31,104 nucleotides of DNA from Octopus sinensis (taxonomy: Eukaryota): NCBI RefSeq assembly GCF_006345805.1, contig NW_021832181.1, positions 1-31,104 on the forward strand, in the 5' to 3' direction. The position numbers and the translations under genes are program-made. Each line of letters opens with the position of its first letter. Positions within the stretch are counted from its first letter, which is position 1. The notes below the pieces were generated by a model, which did not search any database, was not told the origin of the DNA, and saw only the letters and a list, made by a program, of their open reading frames with translations. Positions 12,071 to 23,726 of the stretch are shown here, piece by piece.

Positions 12071-12419
12071 CTTATTGGTCAGTGTAGTCCCAGACATGCA
12101 AAACTATTAGACGGTCATGCCTGAAATAACTTAAATCTCAGGTCTGTCCAACAAAAATTGATCTGGGGGCTAAGCATCGGCAGCATCAGAGGAACTGTAG
12201 ATGGTTTAACAGAAAAACCTCCCCTTCCTGACCTCTTAAAATCTAAGATATTAATCTTAAGTTGCTTATCTTTCAAGCTAACATCTATATTTCTGTTAGG
12301 AAATCTCATTTCACAAATAACTCCTTCTTTCATATCTCTATCTCACTATTTTCATTTTATTTTATCTCTGCTTTCCTGTCCCTCTGTCTGGCATCTTTTC
12401 TCTCAATCTCACTTGTTCA

Positions 12420-12422
<3 letters not shown>

Positions 12423-12472
<50 letters not shown>
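12423..12472. repeat. (CT)n microsatellite within a pyrimidine-rich tract
   Basis: Direct reading. Confidence 0.95.
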
Positions 12473-12474
<2 letters not shown>

Positions 12475-12729
12475 TCACTCTCACTCGATCACTTTCTCTT
12501 TCTCCCTCTCTCAATCCCTCCCTCTCTGTTTATCTGTCTCAATAATCTTTCTCTCTATATTTGTCTCTCTTTTTCTCTGTCTATCTCTCTGTCTCTCTCT
12601 CATTTCCTTTTTATAGCTCTCCCTATTTTAGCCGATTTCCTACTATAAATGTGTGCGGGGAGGAGAAACTATTTCTTTCTTGTTTTATACACATATCTGT
12701 GTGTATGTGTGTGTCTGTGAGTGTATGTT

Positions 12730-12756
12730 GTGTGTGTGTGTGTCTGTCTGTCTGTC

Positions 12757-12806
<50 letters not shown>
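12730..12806. repeat. (GT)n/(GTCT)n microsatellite
   Basis: Direct reading. Confidence 0.95.
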
Positions 12807-12808
<2 letters not shown>

Positions 12809-13451
12809 GTGCACGCGCATCTGTGACGTGTACTTGTGTGAATGCTGAGCGCGCTCTTGAAATATCTTTGAGCGCTGCGATCTAAATGTCTGTCCTTGGA
12901 GAATTAATGACATTTTCTCGTTTCGATTCTCTGCTGTTGATGTCTAAATTTCAGGCCCCATCCTAACATAAGAAACAAATTATGTTTTATAAAACAAATC
13001 ATTGTTAGATAGAAATCTAAAACTGAGGACTGTCACCTAAAATATGACATACTTTCCTGATTGTAATGTATTTAGTGGAGAACTTGTTTGATAAGCTAGA
13101 GCTACACTAGCTGGAATGAACCAGTGTTTAAAACTATGTTGTTACACTTCTTGAATCACTTCTCTTAACCGCAGTGGTTCGTGTCCGGACATATGATGGC
13201 GCTTCTTCTCATCCCGACATATATCAGTGAATTTATTTGGTCACCCCGGTTCTGTATTTTCTTAATAACGCTAAATAGGCTTTGCATCCAAATGATTCTT
13301 CTTTCTTTACTATGGTGTGGGACAAGCTTAAAATGATTAAAGCTATCTCAAATTTTATCGAATATGGAAATTCGTCCATCTGTTCCATTTCAATCTTCAC
13401 AACTCTCTTAGCGTAACTTCAGCCAGTAGTTCTGCACCAACACTATATATA

Positions 13452-13626
13452 TGAGACACAACACACATTTTTTTTCTCTCCTTGTTTTTTTCTGTGTCCC
13501 TTTCTGTAGAAGAGTGTAGGCTCGAAACGTAAAGGACTTTTTCTATTCCTGAGCGTTATACTAATACATCTGTTTGTTTTGTACACCACTTGTCTTCGTC
13601 TTTTGTTGTTTTCGTAAACTCTCCCT
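13452..13626 (+). mobile_element. Short (TA)n-flanked element carrying hammerhead-like motif 2
   Basis: (TA)n on both sides. Homologous to 14329-14600 on the opposite strand (CCTGAGCGT..TACTAATAC..CTTCGTCTTTTGTT). Confidence 0.7.
13500..13535 (+). ncRNA. Minimal hammerhead-like motif 2 (A6U core variant)
   Basis: CTTT-CTGTAGA-A-GAGT(GTAG)GCTC-GAAAC-GT-A-AAGG. Confidence 0.55.
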
Positions 13627-13671
<45 letters not shown>

Positions 13672-14328
13672 ATATATATATAATATATATACATTGTGTG
13701 TGTGTGTGTGCACATTTTGCGGAATAAACAGAATAAATACAACTTAATACATGAGTATATATACATTTCCAAGAAATTTTTAATCAGCAGGAAATTACAG
13801 AAGTGACTCTAGCTCTGAGAGTCTCCTGAATAATAAGTGCCTTGTATGAAACGCTTGAGCCTTGAATCACTTTTGAACTGGGATGCAAAGTTCTCTCTAA
13901 GACTGATGAGCAACATAATTATGTTCACTACACTAAAGACACCATCCTTTTCAAAGAAGGTCATGTTTTCCATTATGCTTTACCATTTGGCAAGAAATGA
14001 ATGTCTCGGTTTTCAACTTAGATATCCTAAACCGCTAAAATGTTTCGGTCTCATTGAAGATTCGTAAGACTAACTGTATTGATCCTGTGTTATCAGCTCG
14101 AATTTTTCTATTGCTATAACACGATAGTGGAGAAAGCCCAAGGAAAAAATGGCCAACATGAGTTCACTGTTGGGGAGACAAGTATAAAAAGAAATGAGAC
14201 TCTCAAGGTATATGGAACAGTAGTCTGTTTCATATACCTTGATTGTGAGAGACGTATTTGTCAATGACTTCAGATACTCATCCTGCCTTGATTTTTGTTA
14301 TCCTTTTTCCCTCATGTATATATATATA

Positions 14329-14600
14329 AACGGGAAGCTTTATGAAAATAAACAAAAGACGAAGGCAGGTGGAATACAAAGAAACAATTGTATTAGTATG
14401 ACGCTCAGGAATATAAATAAAACAAGTCTTTAACGTTTCGAGCCTACGCTCTTCAACAGAAAGATACACAGAAAAGAAACACAGAGAGAAACAAGGAAAG
14501 AAAAAAGGAGAGAAAAAAGGAGAGAAAAAAGGAGAGAAAAAAAGGTGAGAAAAAAAGGAGAGAAAAAAATGCGTGCAGAAGCTAGCGATCCAACATGGCG
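14329..14600 (-). mobile_element. Short (TA)n-flanked element carrying hammerhead-like motif 3
   Basis: Same family as 13452-13626, in inverted orientation, with (TA)n at both ends. Confidence 0.7.
14427..14464 (-). ncRNA. Minimal hammerhead-like motif 3 (A6U core variant)
   Basis: Minus strand TCTTT-CTGTTGA-A-GAGC(GTAG)GCTC-GAAAC-GT-T-AAAGA, with a perfect 5-bp stem I. Confidence 0.6.
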
Positions 14601-14766
14601 ATATATATATATGTGTGTGTGTATGTGAGTGTGTGTTGTGTGTGTGCGTGTGTGGGGGTATGTGTGGGTGTGGGTGTGGGTGTGTATGTGAGTGTGTGTG
14701 TGTGAGTGTGTGAGTGTGTGAGTGTGTGTGTGTGTGCGTGCGTGCATGCGTGTGTGTGTGTGTATG

Positions 14767-14974
14767 TACTCTTACTCTTTACTTGTTTCAGTCATTTGAC
14801 TGTGGCCATGCTGGAGCACCGCCTTTAGCCAAGTAAATCGACTCCAGGACTTATTCTTTGTAAGCCTAGTACTTATTCTATCGGTCTCTTTGGCCGAACC
14901 GCTAAGTTACGGGGACATAAACACACCAGCATCGGTTGTCAAGCGATGTTGGGGGGACAAATACAGACACACAA

Positions 14975-15007
<33 letters not shown>

Positions 15008-15181
15008 CATATATACGACGGGCTTCTTTCAGTTTCCGTCAACCAAATCCACTCAGAAAGGCTTTGGTCGACCCGAGGCTATAGTAGAAGACACTTCCCC
15101 GAGTGTGACACCGCAGTGGGACTAAACCTTGAACCATGTGTTTGGTAAGCAAGCTACTTATCACACAGCCACTCCTGGGCC
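14767..15181 (-). mobile_element. SINE family A, full length
   Basis: Colinear with 493-908. Confidence 0.9.
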
Positions 15182-15732
15182 TATAAAGCCACTCATCTGT
15201 GTGTATATATATATATACGCATATACACGTTGACAGATAGTTAGCTAGCTAGATAGATAACTGTTTGTACTATGGTTCCGAGGAAGCTAAAGAATGTTGC
15301 ACAAGCACTCAGCTCTGAGTGCACTGCTTCTTATTGCAGAAACAAGTGTAGCCAATGAAGGTGATGAAGTGAGTCATGTTCTCTATTCATTAACACTCCA
15401 TAGTATATACATTGAGTTTGAACAACTGGTTATTCATATCGTGATGCCTAAACAGAAATCATAACACATTCTCCCTCTCTCACACACACACGCGAGCGCG
15501 TATACAGTTCTTTATCTTTCTCTCTAAGAATTTTTTTGACGTCTAAGGTACTCCTCGCTCTCTCCTAGCTTCGTGTTGTCTTCAGGTTGACTGATTGTTT
15601 TAGTTATGAGTTTGTAATCATGTTTACCTTACATAGGTACACATTAGCAGACTCGACGCACTTCTAATAGAAGGGTGTTAAGAGCGCTGATTATGTTTTG
15701 GCGCGATAAAGAAATATAAACAATATGTATAT

Positions 15733-16806
15733 GTGGATGTAATATATCTTGACTTTGCAAAAGCCTTTGATAAAGTCGACCATGGTATGATCTGTCATAA
15801 ACTGCGTGGTCTCGGCATAGGCGGGAAACTTGGAGAGTGGCTGCACAACTTCCCTAAAAGACAGAAAACAGGCAGTTGTGAGCAATGGAGCCACCTCCAG
15901 GAAACGCAAATAACAAGCGGTGTCCCCCCAGGGCACTGTCTTGGGGCCACTGATGTCATAGTGGCCCTTTCAGACATGCCTTCAGTTGCTACGATGACCA
16001 CCCTTGCTAGCTATGCAGATGACACAAAGGTCTCCCACGCAATACAGAACCCTGAAAATATTGCGCATCTGCAACATGAGCTGGACACAATATACAGGTG
16101 GGCTGAGGAACAAACATGCAGTTTAATGCAGGTAAGTTCCAGCCCTGCGCTACTGGCACACAAAGGTAAATGACGTGAAGACTGGATACACTGGCCCAGG
16201 AAGAATTGCAATCCCTGAGTCAAAATCAGTGCGTGACCTGGGCAGTGACATGAGCAATGATGCATCTTTCAAATGCATATTGCTAATCTTGTGATAAAAT
16301 TCAGATGCAGACGGCTAGCTGGATGGATTCTCCGAACTTTCAGAACAAGAGAGAAGGAGACACTGATGGTCCTATGGAAAACATTTGTCCTCAGCCGCTT
16401 GGACTACTGCTCCCAACTTTGGTCACCACACAATATAAAACAAACAGCAGAACTCGAAGCAACTCAGAGAAGCTACAAAGAAAATCGTCTCAATGCAAAT
16501 GTCAGCTACTGGGAAAGACTGAAGGTATTAAACCTCTTCTCCCTGGAGCGGAGGCGGGAGAGATATGCAGTAATATACATCTGGAAAATCCTGGAGGGTC
16601 TTATCCCAAACTTTGGCATTCAAAGTTACTACTCCAACCGCAGAACGGGGCGCCGCTGCGTGGTGCCAAGGATTCCAACATCACCATCAAAATACAGGTC
16701 CAGATACTGCAACAGCTTGGGTTTCAGAGGACCACAGCTTTTCAACATCCTCCCTAAATGCCTGAGAGACTTACATGGTGTGGATGTGGGTTTCTTTAAA
16801 AACTAA
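15733..16806 (+). pseudogene. Frameshifted ORF2 reverse transcriptase remnant
   Basis: The ORFs at 15733-16173 and 16273-16806 are pieces of one RT/C-terminal frame. Indels lie around 15850-15960 and after 16110. Confidence 0.9.
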
Positions 16807-17018
16807 ACTGGATCTCTTCTTGTTGGAAGTCCCAGATGAACCTACCTCACGACAGGAGACGCGGATGCGGGCAGCAGCATCGAACTCCCTTGTTGATCAA
16901 GTGCCACGTATCAGAGGTGGATTCACAAACTAGTGTGGCTCATTCAGCGGTGGTGCCCCAGCATGGCCGCGGCCTTCGGGCTAAAACATTTTTAAGGATT
17001 TAAGGATTTAAGGATTTA
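15735..17018 (+). mobile_element. 5'-truncated CR1/L2-group LINE: RT C-terminal half, 3' UTR and (TTTAAGGA)n tail
   Basis: RT motifs YLDFAKAFDKVDH, SGVP(Q)G and YADDTK, plus CR1-type downstream motifs SRLDYCSQLWSP and SLERRRER. Several frameshifts. Possible TATATGT TSD. Confidence 0.92.
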
Positions 17019-17469
17019 TATATGTAGGTACATTTTTGTATTTATTCGGCAAAAATGACCCTCCCAAGACAAAATACACACGCACATAAACACACATATA
17101 AATAAATATTTATATATGTATACATATATGTACATATACATATATATATATGCGTACATACGTATATATGTGTGGAGGGGAGCTTTGTATACATATAAAA
17201 TATGTATGTATATGTTGTGTATACGTGCATACATACATAATTACATACATATAAATACACGCCCAGACATAGACAGACAAATATATGTGTGTGTATATAC
17301 ACACAGACACACACTCAAAGCTGTCGGCGCGAGAGAAAGAAAAATCTTGTGAGGAGAGAAAGTGAGATAGAGAGAAAGTAAATCAGAGAATTGTATAAGA
17401 AAGTGAGAAAGAGAATGAAAAAGAAAGGAAAGCAGAAAGAGGGGAAAGATTTGACGAAGAGACGCCAAG

Positions 17470-17620
17470 ATGTTTCTTGAAGGTAAGAGACAGGATAAAC
17501 AACCAAAATCTCAAGAAATGGCTCCAGAAGAGGATGGCGATTCCCTTGGCATTAGTCCATTGATGTCAGTCCAGTACACACATGAGATACCGACATCGTG
17601 TCTTTGCTACATCCTCCCCA
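17470..17620 (+). mobile_element. Possible decayed RTE C-terminal fragment
   Basis: LEGKRQ...(frameshift)KWLQ...DSLGIS loosely resembles the RTE motif EGKRxRGRPxxxW. Confidence 0.3.
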
Positions 17621-17624
17621 TTGC

Positions 17625-17634
17625 CCTGATATAT

Positions 17635-17679
<45 letters not shown>

Positions 17680-17728
17680 TGAATATATTATATATATATA
17701 TATGTATATAATATATGTAATATATATA

Positions 17729-17760
<32 letters not shown>

Positions 17761-17777
17761 TATATTATATATATATG

Positions 17778-17812
<35 letters not shown>
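17625..17812. repeat. Imperfect (TA)n tract
   Basis: Direct reading. Confidence 0.95.
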
Positions 17813-17814
<2 letters not shown>

Positions 17815-18224
17815 TCATGCACTTATATATGCTTGTAGATATATATATATATGAATGAAGGGATGTTTATATGTGTGTTTTTGTGCTTTGTATACTTGTG
17901 TTTTTGTTTATATATGTCGTCTTGGTATATCTGTGTGCATGTGTATGTGTGGGTGGTGGTTCTGTTAAGAGTGTACATACACTGGTACCGTTTATTGCTA
18001 GTTTATTTCCCAAATAAATAATGTTTAGGGCAATTGGTGCTTTTTATTACTCTCGTACATTGCAGACGAATTTTTTCCGAGATTGCGCGGAGAATGTCTT
18101 ATATAAGAATAGTTTCTGTGTATTTGTGCGATTTGAATTTGATTTAAATATTTATTTGGTTACTACACAGTTGCGAAAACTATATGAGACCCAAAAATGA
18201 ATGTTTGCAGATATAGCCTAGGAA

Positions 18225-18552
18225 ATGTGTGTGGCTGTGTGTTAAGAAGCTTGCTTCCCAACCACATGGTTCCGGGTTTAGTCTCACTGCGTAGCACCTT
18301 GGACAAGTGTTTTCTACTACCGCCTCGGGTCGACCAAAGCCTTGTGAATGGATTTGGCAAAGGGAAGCCCGTCGGATATATATATATGTGTGTGTGTGTG
18401 TGGGGGGGGGGGGCTTTGTGTCTGGTTTTTTTTTTGCCAACATCCCCGTTTGACACCGATGTTGATGTGTTGATGTGTCGATTTGTTCGACTAAAACACC
18501 TAAAGCCATTGCTCGAACATGGCCGAAGTTACATGACTGAAACAATAATAAA
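18225..18552 (+). mobile_element. SINE family A, diverged and internally deleted
   Basis: Head GTGGCTGTGTGTTAAG..GGTTCCGGGTTTAGTCTC, CORE-like block and tail CATGGCC..GACTGAAACA. About 90 bp of the body is missing. Confidence 0.8.
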
Positions 18553-18578
18553 ACAAAATGGATATATATATATATATA

Positions 18579-18625
<47 letters not shown>

Positions 18626-18989
18626 AGTATAAGACGTAATTAAATTTGTGCGGTACAAGTTTAATTAATCTACGTAGGTTCTTAATCGTTGAGTGTATCC
18701 ATCGTCTCAAGAAATAACCAGCGGTGAAAGGGCTTTCCAAATGATGAAAAAGACCCAAACTTATAAATAATATACAAAGCATAGTCATAGGTAAAAAGTC
18801 CACTGGGTCACTCGATCAATAGATAGATAAATTGTTAGATAATAAATAGATGCACAAAACAACTAAACTGATTATTATATACTATCGAAAACAAGCATAT
18901 TTTATGTTTGAAAAAAAAAAAGATACCATCAATTTTCTCAAATTTTCAAGCTCATTCAGATTTTCTTTTTCAGCTCAAATTTAATGGTT

Positions 18990-19159
18990 TCGAATCTTGT
19001 TATAAGGCCAGCAACTTCGGGCGCAGGTATTACTCGATTATACAAACTCCTTTGCTCATCGGAAAAGATGAGTAGTAATTTGAACTCAAAACGTAAAGAC
19101 ATACGAAATGCTGGGAAATAATTTTCTCAGTGCGATAACGACTCTGCCAGCTCGCCGCC
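18990..19159 (-). mobile_element. Diverged SINE family C copy
   Basis: TTTGAACTCAAAACGTAAAGAC..CGAAAT..CTGCCAGCTCGCCGCC is the reverse complement of the C head. Confidence 0.7.
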
Positions 19160-19279
19160 TTACAACCGGCGTTAATAATAGCAACTTTATTATTTTGGAA
19201 GAATCATGAAAGCCATTTTAAAAGACAAATAAACTGTCTTGTTTATTTGTACCAGTAATATTGCATACTGTATAATGGT

Positions 19280-19440
19280 TTCATATGACAGAAAATCACA
19301 AATTTTAGCGGGAGAGCTTTAGTCGAATTCATTTTATCGACTCCAAAATGTTTAAAAAGTAAAGTCGAACTCAGTAGAATTTGAACTCAGAACGTAAAGA
19401 GCTGGAAGAAATGTCGCTAAGCATGTTATCCGACCTGCTA
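19280..19440 (-). mobile_element. Diverged SINE family C fragment
   Basis: AAAGTCGAACTC..GAATTTGAACTCAGAACGTAAAG. Confidence 0.6.
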
Positions 19441-19492
19441 TTATATTTACATTTTATAGTGTACAATAAAATTATATTATGTAATATTACAA

Positions 19493-19910
19493 TACTCTTA
19501 CTCTTTACTCTTTTACTTGTTTCAGTCATTTGACTGCGGCCATGCTGGAGCACCGCCTTTTAGTCGAGCAAATCAACCCCGGGACTTATTCTTTGTAAGC
19601 CCAGTACTTATTCTATCGGTCTCTTTTTCCGAACCGCTAAGTCACGGGGACGTAAACACACCAGCATCGGTTGTCAAGCAATGCTAGGGGAACAAACACA
19701 GACACACAAACACACACACATACATATACATATATATACATATATACGACAGGCTTCTTTCAGTTTCCATCTACCAAATCCACTCACAAGGCATTGGTCG
19801 GCCCGGGGCTATAGCAGAAGACACTTGCCCAAGATGCCACGCAGTGGGACTGAACCCGGAACCGTGTAGTTGATTAGTAAGCTACTTACCACACAGCCAC
19901 TCCTGCGCCT
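19493..19910 (-). mobile_element. SINE family A, full length
   Basis: Colinear with the other A copies. Confidence 0.92.
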
Positions 19911-20810
19911 ATATATACTTAATATATACTTAATATATAATATATACTTAACTATAATATAGAAAGACAATGGCAAAATAAAGTAATTTCAGGAAAATCG
20001 GTAATGGAAACATACGAAAATCATGAATTAAGCAAAACTTAATTTGGCGAATCGTTTCCAGTTATTTCCCTTGGTTTAGTTATACTGAAATGTGAAGAGG
20101 GGAGGAAAAGTTATGCAGGTTTATTCCATATAAGCATACGTGAATTAGATGGGGAAAGGATGAAAGAGAGTGAGAGTGAGAGAGGGGTGGATGAGAGTCT
20201 GCGTGTGAGGGGTTCAGGGAGAGGCAGACAGAAACGAAGAGAGAGAGAGAGTGAGAGAGAGAGAGACAAGTACAGGGCAATTAAAGATAAATAAAGAAAT
20301 ATCAGGGTATAGGAAGAGAATAAGTCTCATGTGAAGTAATCGCCATTTTGCGTTGCTCGGTCGAATTCGACCAAATTCTGATTCTGATAATGCATTTTCA
20401 TTTATGGAAGCAAGGCTTGAAAATTTCCGATTTTGGAGTACGGGTAAATATCTGGAAGGAGGGAATGCATCAGGGTCATTCTTTTCTCTGCTAAGCAAAA
20501 CCTTACACTTTTCAACTTCTTGTTGATATCGTACGTTGCACTATTTTCTTGTCGAAATGTGCAAGCGCGTGTGCGCGCACGTATCTGGAAAGTCACACTG
20601 TACAATCAACGGACATGTTTGATCGCAAATATATATATATATCCAGTACACATATATATTCTCCAATGAGGGACCATCTACATGAGCTGTAAAAGTAGTA
20701 GCTAAATCTCCTTGATACATTATTTTTTAATATAAGATGGTTTGAAAACGTTTAAGCATAGGCTTCCTGTATCATAGCTGACCTGACACTAAGCAATAAT
20801 ACGTATACAT

Positions 20811-21398
20811 AAATGCGGCGAGCTGGCAGAAGCGTTAGCACGCCGGGCGAAATGCGTAGCCGTATTTCGTCTGCCGTTACGTTCTGAGTTGAAATTCCGT
20901 CGAGGTCGACTTTGCCTTTCATCCTTTCGGGGTCGATGTAATCGACTTAATCCATTTGTCTGTCCTTGTTTGTCCCCTCTGTGTTTAGCCCCTTATGGGT
21001 AGTAAAGAAATAGGTATTTTGTCTGCCGTTACGTTCTGAGTTCAAATCCCGCCAAGGTTAACTTTGCCTTTCATCCTTTCGGGGTCGATTAGATAAGTAC
21101 GAGTTACGCACTGGGGTCGATATAATCGACTTAATCCGTTTGTCTGTTCTTGTTTGTCCCCTCTATGTTTAGCCATTTGTGGGCAAACAAGAAATAAGAA
21201 ATGTTAGCGCGCCGGACGAAATGCATAGTGGTATTTCGTCTGTCTTTATGTTCTGAGATCTAATTCCGCCGAGGTCGACTTTGCTTTTCATCCTTTCGGG
21301 GTCGATAAATTAAGTACTAGTTGCGTACTGAGGTCGAGCTAATCGACTGGCCCCCTCCCCAAAAATTTTAGGCCTTGTGCCTAAAGTAGAAAAAGAAC
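20811..21398 (+). mobile_element. SINE family C trimer (tail 1, tail 1, tail 2)
   Basis: Units start at ~20815, 21013 and 21197. AATACGTATA flanks the whole array at 20798-20807 and 21399-21408. Confidence 0.85.
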
Positions 21399-22131
21399 AA
21401 TACGTATATATGTGTGCATGTATGTATATGTAACAACAGTATATACATAGACATGAATGTATATGTAATATGATTTTATATTTGCAAAGCAAATATCCCT
21501 TCCTTTAAAAAATAGGAAAAAAAGAAAAGAGTAAAATTGCAGTTAGTCAATGTCAAAATGTTTCAGATGAGTTTCTATTATATTTCTATTATAGTGGAGC
21601 CAAAGAAGCTTCGTTGGCTTATTGAAACTGTAATCTGCAAAACAGACATAAGCAATTCTCTTTAAATATCATATACGGTATCCCTAGATAGACATTGCTT
21701 TGTAATGGTGACTGAAAATGAGAGGTGATGGAGTGAAGGGGAGTTGGTTGAATTAAATGTTTTGCTGAATGTTTAAGAAGCCATCTTTTAGAACGAACAT
21801 TTTGACGAGATTAGCCGCTTTCTACGTTAGCTCATAATTTAAAATTGTGAATAAAACAAGTAGGAAATAATCTTCAGATAAACCCCAAAGCAGATATAAA
21901 AATGTCTTTATTGCTGTGTTGTTCGTTTTTTTTTTAAATACTTTTGTTGATGTTGTTGTTATTGTTATCATTATAATTGTTATTATATTTCAGTTAATGC
22001 GACGAAGGGATATGACGAGAAAAAAGTGGTGGAGAAACGTATAAACGGAAGACATTAACGAACGTACGTATTTAGCTACCCATCCATCATCTCTTAAGAC
22101 AAGGAATACTTTGACTATTTGAAACTACATA

Positions 22132-22134
22132 ACG

Positions 22135-22178
<44 letters not shown>

Positions 22179-22198
22179 GTAATAATAATAATAACAAC
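22132..22198. repeat. (TAA)n microsatellite
   Basis: Direct reading. Confidence 0.95.
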
Positions 22199-22813
22199 AG
22201 TAAGGAAAATTCTAAAACCTATATTTTTTAATATAGATACTGTTACGGCTCTCGCAGTGGCCGTTTGGGGATTTGGTGTATTCAGGGAAGCGAGAAACCT
22301 CATAAAAAATATGGTTTCGCAATCTAGCTGGAAATGATCAGCTATGGCTGAGTTTTTAATGTGTAAGGACGTACTTTGTTGCCTGGTGTATAATTTCGCT
22401 GTCATAATTCACATAATCTCACCCACCCGTAAATGTGTGTGTGTGCGTGTGCGTGTGTGTGCGTGTGTACATGTGTGTGTGTGTGTGTGTGTGTCTATTA
22501 GTATGTATATGCGTATGCCTGTTTGGGGTGTACAAATGAAGGAGCGGTTATGAGGTACAGAAGATCGTTTCGAAACCAGGTGGATCCAAGTTTGATCCCA
22601 GTTTGATCCCAACTGTACGAATCTTGAACCGATGTATACCGTCAAAAAATTTGAAATAAGGAAGAAAAGTAAAAAATTATTAGCGGACATAGTCTCTTGA
22701 GATGTTTGGTTTGCATCGAGTTAGATACTTCTTTATCACTCTTCTCGCATCCATAAGTGCAGTGAATTGATGGTTCGCCTGATGGAGACCTGCAACCATC
22801 TAACAAACGATGT

Positions 22814-23040
22814 TATTCTTTTATTCTTTTACTCTTTTACTTGTTTCAGTCATTTGACTGTGGCCATGCTGGAGCACCGCCTTTAATCGAGCAATTCGAC
22901 CCCGGGACTTATTCTTTTGTAAGCCCAGTACTTATTCTATCGGTCTCTTTTGCCGAACCGCTAAGTAACGGGGACATAAACACACCAGCATCGGTTGTCA
23001 AGCAATGCTAGGGGACAAATACAGACACACAAACACACAC

Positions 23041-23104
<64 letters not shown>

Positions 23105-23275
23105 TATACGACGCGGGCTTCTTTCAGTTTCCGTCTACTAAATCCACTCACAAGGCTTTGGTCGGCCCGAGGCTATAGTAGAAGACACTTGCCAAAGGTG
23201 CCACGCAGTGGGACTGAACCCGGAACAATGTGGTTGGTAGACAAGCTACTTACCACACAGCCACTCCCTGCACCT
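22814..23275 (-). mobile_element. SINE family A, full length, with expanded internal (TA)n
   Basis: Colinear with the other A copies. The internal TA tract is ~60 bp. Confidence 0.92.
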
Positions 23276-23645
23276 ATTATTGTTTATAAATTATGCACAT
23301 TCACGCACACACACACACACACGCACGCACGCATACGCACGCACATATATATTTTTAAAAGATTAGTTGAACTCAAAGTGTATAAAGCTAAAAACACTAC
23401 CTCACAGAATTCTGGGTTAAATAAACCATTGCATAGGAAAAGCTGAAGGTCGCCAGTGTCATGCGAACCTGCGTCTTCTGTGAACATGAGAGATTTGCTA
23501 ACCGTTATACCGAAAGCAACACTTCGAATTCCTGCCAACCATTTTAGGAGCTTTCTTTTTACCATCGAGGATTGTAAAATGTTTACATTTAAAGAATGTG
23601 TATGTGTATGTTTATAGACATATGTGTGTGTGCATGTATGTATAT

Positions 23646-23725
<80 letters not shown>

Positions 23726-23726
<1 letters not shown>

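Noticed and set aside
13163-13215. Possible exon after CTCTTAACCGCAG
   Set aside because: The acceptor is good but the donor is weak, and the peptide is unrecognised.
13903-13935. CTGATGAG as a fifth hammerhead
   Set aside because: It is followed by the palindrome AACATAATTATGTT but no GAAA or stem III.
13800-14310. HYALPFG and IYLD as a DIRS/Gypsy RT remnant
   Set aside because: The motifs are ~75 codons apart (about 30 expected), broken by stops, and have no other RT motifs. The region remains unexplained.
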